Below, in pieces: positions 20,556-29,738 of a stretch of DNA of 64,000 nucleotides. Source of the stretch: Candidatus Krumholzibacteriia bacterium (GTDB taxonomy: Bacteria > Krumholzibacteriota > Krumholzibacteriia > LZORAL124-64-63); the NCBI GenBank assembly GCA_046484865.1, contig JAWOID010000135.1:1-64000 (forward strand), in the 5' to 3' direction. Made by a program: the position numbers and the translations under genes. The notes beneath the pieces are model-generated. The model saw nothing but the letters and a program-made list of their open reading frames with translations. It did not search any database and was not told the origin of the DNA. Position 1 is the stretch's first letter; each line of letters begins with the position of its first letter.

Positions 20556-20975
20556 TCATCCCTCGGACTCCCGCCTGGCGGCCAGGCTCACGGTCTGCGC
20601 ACCGGCCAGCCGGCACTGGTCCATCACCTGCACCACGGTGCCGGTCTCGCTCGCCTTGTCCGCCACCACGACCACGCCGCTCTCCGGGTCCTCGGCCAGC
20701 GCCCGCTCGACCAGGCCGCGCACGCTGCGCACGTCCACTTGCTTGCCCTCGAAGAATACCTGGCCTTCCGCCGACACGCCGATCATCACGTTGCCGCGTT
20801 CCTTCACCTCGGCCGTCTGTGCGGTGGAGCGCTGCACGTCGATGCCGGCCTCCTTCACGAAGCTGGTGGTGACGACGAAGAAGATGAGCAGCAGGAACAC
20901 CATGTCGATCAGAGGACCCATGTTGATGTCCACCCGGTCGCCGCCCCCGCGGATCGTCCGCCGCACGTCGATCAT
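20556..20975 (-). CDS. exbD: ExbD/TolR family protein (no adjacent exbB)
   Basis: INMGPLIDMVFLLLIFFVVTTSF TM with Asp; VVVADK...VMDQCRLAGA. Confidence 0.9.
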   Translation of the reverse strand: MIDVRRTIRGGGDRVDINMGPLIDMVFLLLIFFVVTTSFVKEAGIDVQRSTAQTAEVKERGNVMIGVSAEGQVFFEGKQVDVRSVRGLVERALAEDPESGVVVVADKASETGTVVQVMDQCRLAGAQTVSLAARRESEG

Positions 20976-21133
20976 CGTGCACCCGCCTCCAGCCGGTCAT
21001 GGGCTCTCGAAATCGGTCCAGCGCACCGGACGAACTCGTACCGCACCGTCAGGTGCGCATCGCCCCCGCGCTCCACCAGGAAAACCCGCAGCGGCTTCGA
21101 ACGCAAGCCGTTCCCCTCGGCCCCGCACCCGTC

Positions 21134-21255
21134 GAGCAGGTGGGGCCCGGCATCCGACGAGCAGGATGGGACCCGGCACCGAACGAGCACGAAGGGTTCC
21201 CGCATCGGAGGAGCACGAAGGGTTCCCGCACCGGGGGAGCACGAAGGGCCGGGCC
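21134..21255. repeat. degenerate 25-26-bp tandem repeat (~5 units)
   Basis: Units start at 21134, 21159, 21185, 21211, 21237; core GAGCACGAAGGGTTCCCGCA identical in units 3 and 4. Confidence 0.75.
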
Positions 21256-21390
21256 GGCTCATCGCTGCAAATCTTCACCCGAGGGCATCCAGACAGACCG
21301 TCTTGGCAATGGAATCCACCCCTGCGTATCCTGGCCTCCGGGGAGAGGGATACGACCGTGGTCTCCCCCGGCCCACGCGGGAGGCTCACG

Positions 21391-22530
21391 ATGTCCGCTA
21401 TCTACCTCGACTACAACGCCACCACGCCGGTCGACCCGCGAGTGATCGCGGCCATGCTGCCGTACCTTGGTCGCGAGTTCGGCAACCCGTCCAGCGGTCA
21501 CGAGACGGGCCTGCGGGCACGGATGGCCGTGGCCGAGGCGCGGGCCCAGGTCGAGGCGCTGATGGGTGCCCAGCCCGACACGGTGATCTTCACCGGCGGC
21601 GGCTCCGAATCCAACAACCTGGCACTCAAGGGCGCCGCGCTGGCGCGGCGCGCGGCGGGCCACGGCGACCACGTGATCACCACCGCCGTGGAGCATCCCG
21701 CCGTGACCGAGCCGTGCCGGTGGCTGGCGATGCAGGGGTTCCGCGTCACGACGGTGCCGGTGGACGCCGACGGCCGGGTCGATCCCGACGACGTCGGCCG
21801 CACCCTGACCGACGGCACCATCCTCGTCTCCATCATGCACGCCAACAACGAGGTGGGCACCATCCAGCCGGTGCGCGCGGTGGCCGACCTCGCCCACGCC
21901 CGGGGTGCATGGGTGCACACCGACGCGGCGCAGTCGGTGGGCAAGGTCCCCGTTCGGGTGGACGATCTGGGCGTGGACCTGCTGAGCGTGGCGGGACACA
22001 AGCTCTATGCGCCGAAGGGCGTGGGGGCTCTCTACGTGCGGGCGGGAGTGGTACTGGAGCCGCAGATCCACGGCGCCGGCCACGAGCGCGGGCTGCGCGC
22101 CGGCACCGAGAACGTGCCCGGGGTGGTGGGTCTGGGCATGGCCTGCGCGATCGTGGCGGAGGAACTCGCAGAGGAGATGCCGCGCCTGCGCGAGCTGCGC
22201 GACCGGCTCGAGGCTGCGCTCACGCGGCGTCCGGGCGACCTGCGCGTCAACGGCCACCCGGAGCAGCGGCTGCCCAACACGTCGAGCTTGAGCTTCGCTG
22301 GCGTGGACGCAGCTGCTTTGGTGCACGACCTGCGCATGGTGGCGGCATCGGCGGGGGCGGCATGCCACGCGGAGGATGGGGAGGTTTCCGGGGTGCTGGC
22401 GGCCATGGGAGTGCCGGCCGAGTGGGCACGGGGCACCCTGCGCCTGTCGGTGGGCCGACCCACCTCCGAGCGGGACGTCGACCGGGCGGCTGACGGCATT
22501 GCCGCGGCCGTCGAGGAACGGCGGCAGTGA
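21391..22530 (+). CDS. cysteine desulfurase (IscS/NifS-type, PLP)
   Basis: IYLDYNATTP, GNPSS, HANNEVGTIQP, HTDAAQS, GHKLYAPKG, SAGAACH catalytic Cys; GGAGG RBS before ATG 21391. Confidence 0.93.
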   Translation: MSAIYLDYNATTPVDPRVIAAMLPYLGREFGNPSSGHETGLRARMAVAEARAQVEALMGAQPDTVIFTGGGSESNNLALKGAALARRAAGHGDHVITTAVEHPAVTEPCRWLAMQGFRVTTVPVDADGRVDPDDVGRTLTDGTILVSIMHANNEVGTIQPVRAVADLAHARGAWVHTDAAQSVGKVPVRVDDLGVDLLSVAGHKLYAPKGVGALYVRAGVVLEPQIHGAGHERGLRAGTENVPGVVGLGMACAIVAEELAEEMPRLRELRDRLEAALTRRPGDLRVNGHPEQRLPNTSSLSFAGVDAAALVHDLRMVAASAGAACHAEDGEVSGVLAAMGVPAEWARGTLRLSVGRPTSERDVDRAADGIAAAVEERRQ

Positions 22531-22603
22531 TCCGAGGCAGCTGAGCGGTCCGGCTGGCGGCGGCCCGGTGGTGGGGTCGTGGGCCCGGGCCTGCGACTAA
22601 CGA

Positions 22604-23086
22604 TCAGACGGCCTTGCGAGCACCGGCTTCACCCATCTCCTGCTCCTGCATCTCCTGCTCCTGCAGGCGCCGAGCCAGGCTCGGACAGCGGTTGGGCTCG
22701 TCGAGCACGTCGGCCAGGGTGGTGGAGCGGAACGCTTCCTCCACCAGCCCGAGCGCCCGATCGATCCGCCGGTGCAGCGGGCAGAGGTCGGTGCCGTGGC
22801 TCTCCATGTCGAGCGGGCACGAATGGATCCGCTGGATGGGCTGCACAGCGTTCACCACCTCGAGGAGCACCAGCTGCTCGGGCCGCTTCATCAGCCGGAA
22901 GCCCCCGTGCAGCCCGCGGGTGGACCGGACCACCCCGGCTCTGGCCAGCAACTGCAGCACCTTGGCCAGATAGCTGGGCGGCACGTTCATCGCGACGGCG
23001 ATCTGCTTGGCAGTCTGAGCCTCGTCCGGAGTCCGTCCCAGGCTGAGGACGGCGCGCAGGGCGTATTCAACCGTCTGAGAAATCAC
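22604..23086 (-). CDS. Rrf2 family transcriptional regulator
   Basis: SQTVEYALRA, YLAKVLQ.L, STRGLHGGF, CPL...CPLH. Confidence 0.92.
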   Translation of the reverse strand: MISQTVEYALRAVLSLGRTPDEAQTAKQIAVAMNVPPSYLAKVLQLLARAGVVRSTRGLHGGFRLMKRPEQLVLLEVVNAVQPIQRIHSCPLDMESHGTDLCPLHRRIDRALGLVEEAFRSTTLADVLDEPNRCPSLARRLQEQEMQEQEMGEAGARKAV

Positions 23087-23104
23087 TTGACTACCCCCTT
23101 TCCG

Positions 23105-23132
23105 TAAATCCGGACAATCTTATCTCTTTGAA
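23105..23132. promoter_or_regulatory. possible Rrf2 autoregulatory operator (imperfect inverted repeat)
   Basis: AT-rich AAATCCGGACA-atct-TATCTCTTTGA just upstream of the rrf2 RBS; symmetry is only partial. Confidence 0.3.
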
Positions 23133-23269
23133 GGTACTGAATTGGTCGCCTTTACACAAGAGGACACAAGAGAAAGGGCGCGACTTCAGGCGCGCCCCGA
23201 GAATAAGCGTCTCGATCCTCTTGCCCGGGATGTGCGTCCCGACCGAGCCGGCCAGACTCCGGGTCCGGC

Positions 23270-23983
23270 CTAGAACCGGCCCAGCGAGATCCCCGCCCGC
23301 ACGAGCAGGTGGTCCCAATCCCAGTCGTCCTCTCCACGAGCGGTGGGCAAGGCGTCGGTCTCGAACCGGTCCAGCACGTACACCGCCGACACCTCCACGG
23401 GCCCGAACTGCAGACCGACTCCACCGGAGAAGGCCAGTCCGGTCGAGCCCGCCTTGTACGGCCAGTCGCCCTCGACCTCCTCCTCGTAGGTGTGGTGGCT
23501 GAGCGCCAGCCCGAGGGTCAGATACGGCCGCATGACCGCTTCGGGGTCGCCGACGAAGCTCTGCAGATCCACCGAGTAGCGGTAGATGGCCGTCGAGAGC
23601 ACGTAACCGAGATCGCTGCCGGCGGAGCCGAAGTCGGCCACGCCCTTGTCGGCGCCGAAGTCCACGTAGTGGAAGGCGGGCGAGACGGCCAGCCACGGCG
23701 CGAGGAAGTAACGATAGCGCGCCCCGAGCTCGAAGCCGCTCTCCTGCGAGAGCCCCTGGCTGGTGGTGAAGTAGTCGTCGGACAGGTCGCCGTAAGGGAT
23801 CGCCAGCGCGCCCTCGAACAGGAACTGATGCTGAAGCGGTCCATGGCGATACTGGTGAACGACGGTCCGAGCCGGGCGGCGGGGATACTGCGCCTCGGCC
23901 ACCGCGACACCCTCGGTGACACCCCAGGCGAGCAGAGCGAGCCCCATCATCCATCCCGCCGTCGCGGGCCCGATGTTCCTCAT
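23270..23983 (-). CDS. outer-membrane beta-barrel protein (small OmpA/OmpW-like barrel)
   Basis: Signal peptide, amphipathic strands, RPYLTLGL, C-terminal Phe (AGISLGRF); AGGAGG RBS before ATG 23983. Confidence 0.8.
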   Translation of the reverse strand: MRNIGPATAGWMMGLALLAWGVTEGVAVAEAQYPRRPARTVVHQYRHGPLQHQFLFEGALAIPYGDLSDDYFTTSQGLSQESGFELGARYRYFLAPWLAVSPAFHYVDFGADKGVADFGSAGSDLGYVLSTAIYRYSVDLQSFVGDPEAVMRPYLTLGLALSHHTYEEEVEGDWPYKAGSTGLAFSGGVGLQFGPVEVSAVYVLDRFETDALPTARGEDDWDWDHLLVRAGISLGRF

Positions 23984-24065
23984 GGCAGTTCCTCCTGTCG
24001 CGCCGGCCGGCGCGGCGGCATCCGGATGCCCTGCAGCCACCGTGTGCAGAAGCGCTGATCGACCT

Positions 24066-24081
24066 TGCACGAACGGTGCCT
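24066..24081 (-). promoter_or_regulatory. possible sigma54 promoter of the OMP gene
   Basis: AGGCACCGTTCGTGCA keeps GGCAC, GG-N10-GC spacing and TGCA; lies directly downstream of the sigma54 activator gene. Confidence 0.45.
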
Positions 24082-24273
24082 GCGGCAAGCTGCGACCCGG
24101 AATTTCGTTCCTTCGCGCTCCAGACATACTCAGGAACAGGTTAGGCGGTTCCCGATCCGAAAGCGAGCCCGGCTACCCCGATCAGGGCCGTCCCCGCGGG
24201 AGACAGTGTGCAGCCCCGGGCGGACAGCTGGACAGTTCGGGGTGAAGCGGAGAGAAGAGCAGGCGAGAAGCGC

Positions 24274-26940
24274 TCAGATTCTTTGCAGACCGTAGCGCTT
24301 GAGCAGGCGATAGATGGTGGCGCGGCCGATGCCCAGCCTTTGGGCGGCCCGGGTGCGGTTACCGTCGCAGTCCTCCAGCGCCATCACCAGTTCTCCGCGG
24401 GTCACGGCCGCCTGGCCGCCGGTTCGCCTGGCAGACCCACCGGTCGCGACGCTGGCGGTCGCGGTGCGGGCGCCCGGCCCGGAGAGCACGACCGCGTCCG
24501 GCGGCCTTCCGAGTTCCACCGCCACCTTTCCTTCGCCCGACAGTCCGATCTGCGCCCGGCGCGCCACTGTGGCCACCTCGCGGGCATTGCCGGGCCACGG
24601 GTACTGCTTGATCAGCCGCAGGCTCGCATGGTTGAAGTACTCGGCAGCTCGCACCGCGCGACCCGCACCGAGCGAGAGAAAGTACTCGAGCAGAGGCACG
24701 ATGTCCTCGCGCCGCTCGGACAGGGGCGGAACGTCGATCTCCAGGATGCGCAACCGGTAGTAGAGGTCCGACCGGAAGCGCCCCTCCTCCACCAGCCGCC
24801 GCAGGGGGGCGTTGGTGGCGGCGATGAGCCGGATGTCCGCGTGGCGGTCCTCCGGACTCCCGAGCGCCTGGTAGGTGCCGTACTGAAGCAAGCGCAGCAG
24901 CTTGACCTGGGTTTCCGGCGCCATCTCCCCGATCTCGTCCAGGAATAGCGTGCCGCCGTTGGCCAGCGCGGCATAGCCCGGCTGATCGCGATCGGCACCG
25001 CTGAACGCGCCCTTCACGTGCCCGAAGAACTCGCGCTCGAACATCGTCTGGGGGATGGCCGCGGCGTTCACGGCCACGAAGGGTCGATCCTTGCGCAGGC
25101 TGCTGGCGTGGACGCGTCGCGCCACCAGTTCCTTCCCCACGCCGGTGGCGCCGGTGATGAGGACCGCCTCGTCGTAGGGCGCGAACGCGTCGCACAGGTG
25201 GAGCACCTCCTTCATCGCCGGCGACACGGCGATGATGACCTGCTGCTCCTCGTCTCCGCGCCGCGACTCCTTGAGTCGTCGCAACTCCTCCACGCGACGC
25301 CGAGCGATCGTCGCGAGCAGCCGCTGTGCGCGCGCCGTCCAGTAGGTGACACCCACCCTCTGGCACAGATGCTCGGCGGTCACGGCGTGTTGCCAGCCGC
25401 GATCGAGATGCTGCAGCGCCTCGGCGTGGCCGACGTCGATCTCGCTGGGCCGCGTCCATTCCCCTGTCCGCGCACTGCCCGCCGCTACCGCCGGCCGGTC
25501 GCTCCCGGGAGCGCGCAGGTCGGCCCCGGGGCCGGCCCCGGCCCCTGCCCCGGCCCTGGCGCCGGCCCCGGCCCCCGCGCCGGCGACTGCCGCCAGGGCA
25601 CGCAAGTTCCCCTCGGCCGCCCGCGCATCGCGCACCTCTCCGCGCGCCGTCTCGAAGGCGATCTCCGCCGCCGCCAGGTGCGCCACCGCCAGTTCGTGTC
25701 GAGCATCGATGGCTGTCAGCAACGAGATTCCTTCGTCCACATAGCGTCGCGCCGCCAGGAGATCGCCGAGCGCCCGCGCAGCCTCAGCCAGGCAACGCAG
25801 CGTCACGCCCTCCTCGAACCGATCCCCGATCTTCTTCGCCCTCGCCCGCGCGTCCTGCATCGGCTCCAGCGCCTTCTTCACCGCCCCGCCGAGCATCAAA
25901 CACTCGCCCTCGCGACGCATGAGCTCCATGACCAGATCGCCGTCGGGCGCGATGTTCCGCGCAATGGCCATGCCCCGTGCGTAATATCGTCGCGCCTCCT
26001 CCGGCCGCTCCTCATCGCGGTAGACGTCCCCGAGGAACTCGAGCGCCAGGCACTCCTCACGCTGAATCTTGAGCTCCGTCGCCTCGGTGTACGCCCGCAT
26101 GAGGTACTTTCGAGCCTCCTCGAACTCCCGCATGAGGCGGTGCACGTTGCCGAGGGCGATGTGGGTATTGCAGAGTTCAATATCGGATTCCACCCTCGAG
26201 TAAGCTCGTACGGCCGATAACAGGCTATCGCGGGCCGATGCCAATTTCCCTGCCTTATAGAAAACCACACCGAGGTTAAGCCGTGTATGCCCGATCCGCC
26301 GTGGGCCGCCTATCTGCTCGGCCATTGCTGCGGCTCTCCGAAACCACAGTTCGCTCGGTCCATATTTTGCAATTGCTAAATACACACGTCCCAAATGGTT
26401 TGCCGCCTCGCAGGCCTCGATTTCTCGGCCAACCAAGCGGTTAATCGCGTAGGAGGCCTCAGAATCGCACATTGCTTGTTCTGTATGGCCGGACCCATAG
26501 GTCGCTAAGGACCGAAGGTATAGATAATCGGCTATCTTTGAGTCAAGTGGATCAAGCAAACGGGAAATATAATCTGTACTTACGTCAGCTACGTAACTGT
26601 AACGTTCGAGAAGCAACTCGGAGCGTAGACGCGGCACCATGAAATCGATGTCCTCGACATCGATATGCCGTGCCGCGGCGAGACGATCTAGGTAGTCAAT
26701 ACAACGCGTAGGATCGCCCGAGCGAGACATCGCGGAGGCGCGCAAAAGAACGGCGTCTCTGCGCGTCCAGCGCGAAACTAATCGCTCGTTACATGTGTCA
26801 GGGATCAGATCAATCGATTTGATTACCTGATCGTACTGCTCATAACAATATGACTCCCAAGCCGAATCGTAAACGGAAGAAGGAATCGGCCTTCTCTGCC
26901 ATTCATATGCTGCTTGGCCGATATCGTTCTGGGAGTTCAT
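24274..26940 (-). CDS. sigma54-dependent enhancer-binding activator with N-terminal TPR array (888 aa)
   Basis: TPR helices in the N-terminal half; GATGVGKE Walker A, GAFSGA loop, LFLDEIGE Walker B, FRSDLYYRL, WPGN, Fis-type HTH GNRTRAAQRLGIGRATIY. Confidence 0.92.
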   Translation of the reverse strand: MNSQNDIGQAAYEWQRRPIPSSVYDSAWESYCYEQYDQVIKSIDLIPDTCNERLVSRWTRRDAVLLRASAMSRSGDPTRCIDYLDRLAAARHIDVEDIDFMVPRLRSELLLERYSYVADVSTDYISRLLDPLDSKIADYLYLRSLATYGSGHTEQAMCDSEASYAINRLVGREIEACEAANHLGRVYLAIAKYGPSELWFRRAAAMAEQIGGPRRIGHTRLNLGVVFYKAGKLASARDSLLSAVRAYSRVESDIELCNTHIALGNVHRLMREFEEARKYLMRAYTEATELKIQREECLALEFLGDVYRDEERPEEARRYYARGMAIARNIAPDGDLVMELMRREGECLMLGGAVKKALEPMQDARARAKKIGDRFEEGVTLRCLAEAARALGDLLAARRYVDEGISLLTAIDARHELAVAHLAAAEIAFETARGEVRDARAAEGNLRALAAVAGAGAGAGARAGAGAGAGPGADLRAPGSDRPAVAAGSARTGEWTRPSEIDVGHAEALQHLDRGWQHAVTAEHLCQRVGVTYWTARAQRLLATIARRRVEELRRLKESRRGDEEQQVIIAVSPAMKEVLHLCDAFAPYDEAVLITGATGVGKELVARRVHASSLRKDRPFVAVNAAAIPQTMFEREFFGHVKGAFSGADRDQPGYAALANGGTLFLDEIGEMAPETQVKLLRLLQYGTYQALGSPEDRHADIRLIAATNAPLRRLVEEGRFRSDLYYRLRILEIDVPPLSERREDIVPLLEYFLSLGAGRAVRAAEYFNHASLRLIKQYPWPGNAREVATVARRAQIGLSGEGKVAVELGRPPDAVVLSGPGARTATASVATGGSARRTGGQAAVTRGELVMALEDCDGNRTRAAQRLGIGRATIYRLLKRYGLQRI

Positions 26941-27287
26941 CGAGACCTCAACGTATAGATGTCAGCTTTGCCAAGCGGCACGACACGCAGTCTACCGCCA
27001 AAGCATGTCCATTCGATGGAAACGGAGAGCAGATTCCCGCTAACTGCAATAAACACACCCTTAGAAACTAGACTGGAAGCCTTGTACGATACTGCTGAAC
27101 CGTCCTCAACGGGCGCAGCCGCCGGACTCCGGTTTCCGCCCCCTGGATCCCCCGGAATCGGCCCGGTTTCGTTCATCACCTGCGGCAGCCGCGAATGGGC
27201 TGGACCGACCGGGAGGACGACCAAGCACGCACAGGCGAGGAGGGAGGCGGCGCCCAAGCGGCGCGCCCAGATTGGTGGGAGGCACAT
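26937..27287 (-). CDS. small secreted protein / peptide precursor (116 aa)
   Basis: Signal peptide (ARRLGAASLLACACLVVLPVGPAHS), GPIPGDPGGG segment; TGA overlaps activator ATG (ATGA at 26937-26940). Confidence 0.6.
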   Translation of the reverse strand: MCLPPIWARRLGAASLLACACLVVLPVGPAHSRLPQVMNETGPIPGDPGGGNRSPAAAPVEDGSAVSYKASSLVSKGVFIAVSGNLLSVSIEWTCFGGRLRVVPLGKADIYTLRSR

Positions 27288-27429
27288 TTTCTTATCCCCC
27301 GAAACCCCACAGGGATATTGCGATATCCTTCACGACTATTTGTATCACAAGATCCGATTTGAAGCAACAGATAAGTGATAGATCCGCATAATTTGTTCTT
27401 TCAGACGCTCGCGGGTGCGAGTTGCAGGC

Positions 27430-27650
27430 CTCCGGACACCCGGGTGCCAGAGGGCTACCCGGGCACACCTCCAAGGCTCCGGGGGAAATGGGGTGCGAGG
27501 CTCCGAGTACCCGGGTACCCGCGGCAAGGCTCCCAAGGCTCCGGGGGGGGGGAATTGGTGCGAGGCTCCGAACACCCGGGTACCCGCGGCAAAGGCTCCG
27601 GGGGGGAACGGGTGCGAGGTTCCGAGTACCCGGGTACCCGGGTACTCAGC
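27430..27650. repeat. array of three ~57-62-bp direct repeats with palindromic GTACCCGGGTAC-type cores and variable G tracts
   Basis: AAGGCTCC-G(n)-...GGTGCGAGG(C/T)TCCGA..ACCCGGGTACCCG units at 27473, 27535, 27592 (G5, G10, G7); perfect 24-bp palindrome 27624-27647. Confidence 0.85.
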
Positions 27651-27742
27651 TCAGGTGCAACGATCGCCGCGCACGCGGTGTCGGGTACCGGCGCGGGGCA
27701 CCCCCGTGTCCGGGTGCAGTGATTCGCGGCACCTGGCCAACA

Positions 27743-29221
27743 TCATGCCTGTGCGCTCGCCTCGAAATCGGGATCCAGATCGGGATCCAGATCCGGATCC
27801 AGATCCGGGTCGAGGTCCGGGTTGAAGTCCGGGTCGAGGTCCGGATCCAGGGGCGAGAAGCCCCGGCGCTCCGGGTCCAGGTCCATGGCCTGATGACGAG
27901 CCTGGAGGCGACGCATTTCGGGTTCGAAGAAGAACTCGTCGGCAAAGGCGGGGCGCAGGTCCGAGAGCCAGGTTGCGGCGGGGTCGAGGCGCGCGAAGAA
28001 CGGGCGCCCCACCCAGTCGGGGTTGCGGGCCTGCTCGAACTCGAGGACGAAGACGTCCTGGCCGTTCATCTCGGCTGCGCCGCGGACCACCACCTTGCCG
28101 GGATTGGCCGACATCGAGGGGCCGCGAGCGGTACGGGCGAGGCCGGTGACCTGGCTGTGAGCATCGCGGTAGATCTCGGCGGCCTCGAGCAGGGGGACCT
28201 CGAAGTAATGCGTGGGGCCGGTGTTGCGCTCTATGAACATGTAATACGGGACGCATCCGAGCTGGACCTCGCGAGTCCACAGTCCGGCCCAGGTCTCGGC
28301 GCTGGCGTTGACGTGCCGCACCAGAGGAGCTTGGCAGCGGATCACGGCGCCGGTCTCGCGGATACGGCGCACGGCCTCCTCCACCACCGGCGTGGACAGT
28401 TCCCGAGGGTGCGAGACGTGGGCCATGAAAGCGAGGCGGCGGCCGCTCTTGCGCACCCTCTCGAAGAGACGCAGGATGTCGTCGCTGTCCCGGTCGCCAG
28501 CGTAGCGGTAAGGCCACCAGGTCAGCGATTTGGTGCCGATGCGGATGTTGCGCAGATGCCGCAGTTCAGGGACGAGCAGCGGCTCGATGATGTCACGCAG
28601 CAGGCGGGCACTCATGATCATGGGGTCGCCGCCGGTGATCAGGACGTCGCTGACCTCCGGATGGCGGGCCAGGTAGGCGACGAGGTCGTCCACTCCGCTG
28701 CTGGCGATCTTCAGCTTGTCATCGCCCACGAACTGAGGCCAGCGGAAGCAGTAGGTGCAGTACGTGTGGCAGGTCTGACCGCGACGCGGGAAGAACAGCA
28801 CGGTCTCGCGATACTTGTGCTGCAGTCCAGGCAGCGGCCGGCCGTCCAGGCGGGGCACGTTCAGATCCACCTGGCCGGCTGGGTGGGGGTTCAGGCGCAT
28901 GCGGATGTCCTGCACGGCCTGGTCCACCTGCGCGCGCGGAGCGCCGCGGCGCTTGAGCTCGTACAACGCTCGAAAGTCGCTATCCGCCAGCATCTCCGAC
29001 TGCGGGAAGACCAGACGGAAGATCGGATCATTGCGCCAGCTGTCCCAGTCGACCAGTTCGCTCAGCACGTATTCGTTGACACGGAACGGGAACACCTCGG
29101 CCACGGTCTCGATCGTGCGACGCTCCCAGCTCGGCAGATTCCGCATCTGCGGAATCGTGTCGAGATCGCGGGCGCCGTGGAGCTTCAGGCGACGGGATTC
29201 GAATCGGGCATTCCGATACAT
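27743..29221 (-). CDS. KamA-family radical SAM aminomutase (lysine 2,3-aminomutase-like)
   Basis: GLQHKYRETVLFFP, CHTYCTYCFR, DVLITGGDP, IRIGTK, PYYMF, PGK lysine; DPDL repeat tail; ATG 29221. Confidence 0.9.
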   Translation of the reverse strand: MYRNARFESRRLKLHGARDLDTIPQMRNLPSWERRTIETVAEVFPFRVNEYVLSELVDWDSWRNDPIFRLVFPQSEMLADSDFRALYELKRRGAPRAQVDQAVQDIRMRLNPHPAGQVDLNVPRLDGRPLPGLQHKYRETVLFFPRRGQTCHTYCTYCFRWPQFVGDDKLKIASSGVDDLVAYLARHPEVSDVLITGGDPMIMSARLLRDIIEPLLVPELRHLRNIRIGTKSLTWWPYRYAGDRDSDDILRLFERVRKSGRRLAFMAHVSHPRELSTPVVEEAVRRIRETGAVIRCQAPLVRHVNASAETWAGLWTREVQLGCVPYYMFIERNTGPTHYFEVPLLEAAEIYRDAHSQVTGLARTARGPSMSANPGKVVVRGAAEMNGQDVFVLEFEQARNPDWVGRPFFARLDPAATWLSDLRPAFADEFFFEPEMRRLQARHQAMDLDPERRGFSPLDPDLDPDFNPDLDPDLDPDLDPDLDPDFEASAQA

Positions 29222-29416
29222 GGAAGTCCTTCCGACGCGCCGTGGTGGCGGTTGCAGGCGAGCAGGCGACGCACGGCGGTGAGACGGGCAGGCCGGTGGC
29301 GACACCGCCCAGGAGGCAGGAGGAGGCAGAACCCTAGTCGCTGGACGCCCCGTTCAGAAGGGCCATGGCACAGCCACCCCGGACCGGCATGCTCTCACGA
29401 GATCGTTGCTGTACTA

Positions 29417-29445
29417 ACTATATCAGAGAATCGAGGTTCCGTAAA
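29417..29445 (-). promoter_or_regulatory. sigma70-type promoter of the kamA-like gene
   Basis: TTTACG - 17 bp - TATAGT with TG extended -10. Confidence 0.6.
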
Positions 29446-29604
29446 CCTGGGATGTCGCGGCGGCCGTGCGGGCACGCCGCGCAGCGTCGGCGCAAGCTGT
29501 TCATATTCCGTCGATAGAACGCCGTGACGCGCAATTCCAGGGCCCCGACCGTCGCCTGCAAGGAGTATGCGAGAGGATCCTCCGCCGAGGCTCGCGGGCC
29601 GCGA

Positions 29605-29738
29605 CAAGGATCGGCGACGACCTGGGGCAGGGCGGTCGACGCTACGTGGTCACCGGTTACGACGTGGACGACCTGCAGCAGGTCCCGGACGGCCACACGG
29701 TCGAAGTCTTCGTCACGGCCGTCCCGCCGACGAGCTAG
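29605..29738 (+). pseudogene. possible 3' gene fragment
   Basis: GC3-rich frame IGDDLGQGGRRYVVTGYDVDDLQQVPDGHTVEVFVTAVPPTS-stop with no credible start; family unknown. Confidence 0.3.

Noticed and set aside
21134..21255. CRISPR mini-array
   Set aside because: 26-bp period leaves no room for spacers; simple degenerate tandem repeat
21391..23086. isc/suf operon
   Set aside because: Desulfurase and Rrf2 genes are convergent and no scaffold or carrier genes are present
27430..27650. CRISPR array
   Set aside because: Whole units repeat, there are no unique spacers, and no cas genes are in the window
27734..27750. sigma54-like GG-N10-GC near the kamA stop
   Set aside because: Weak -12 element, overlaps a stop codon, ~450 bp from the peptide gene; no convincing sigma54 site found for that operon
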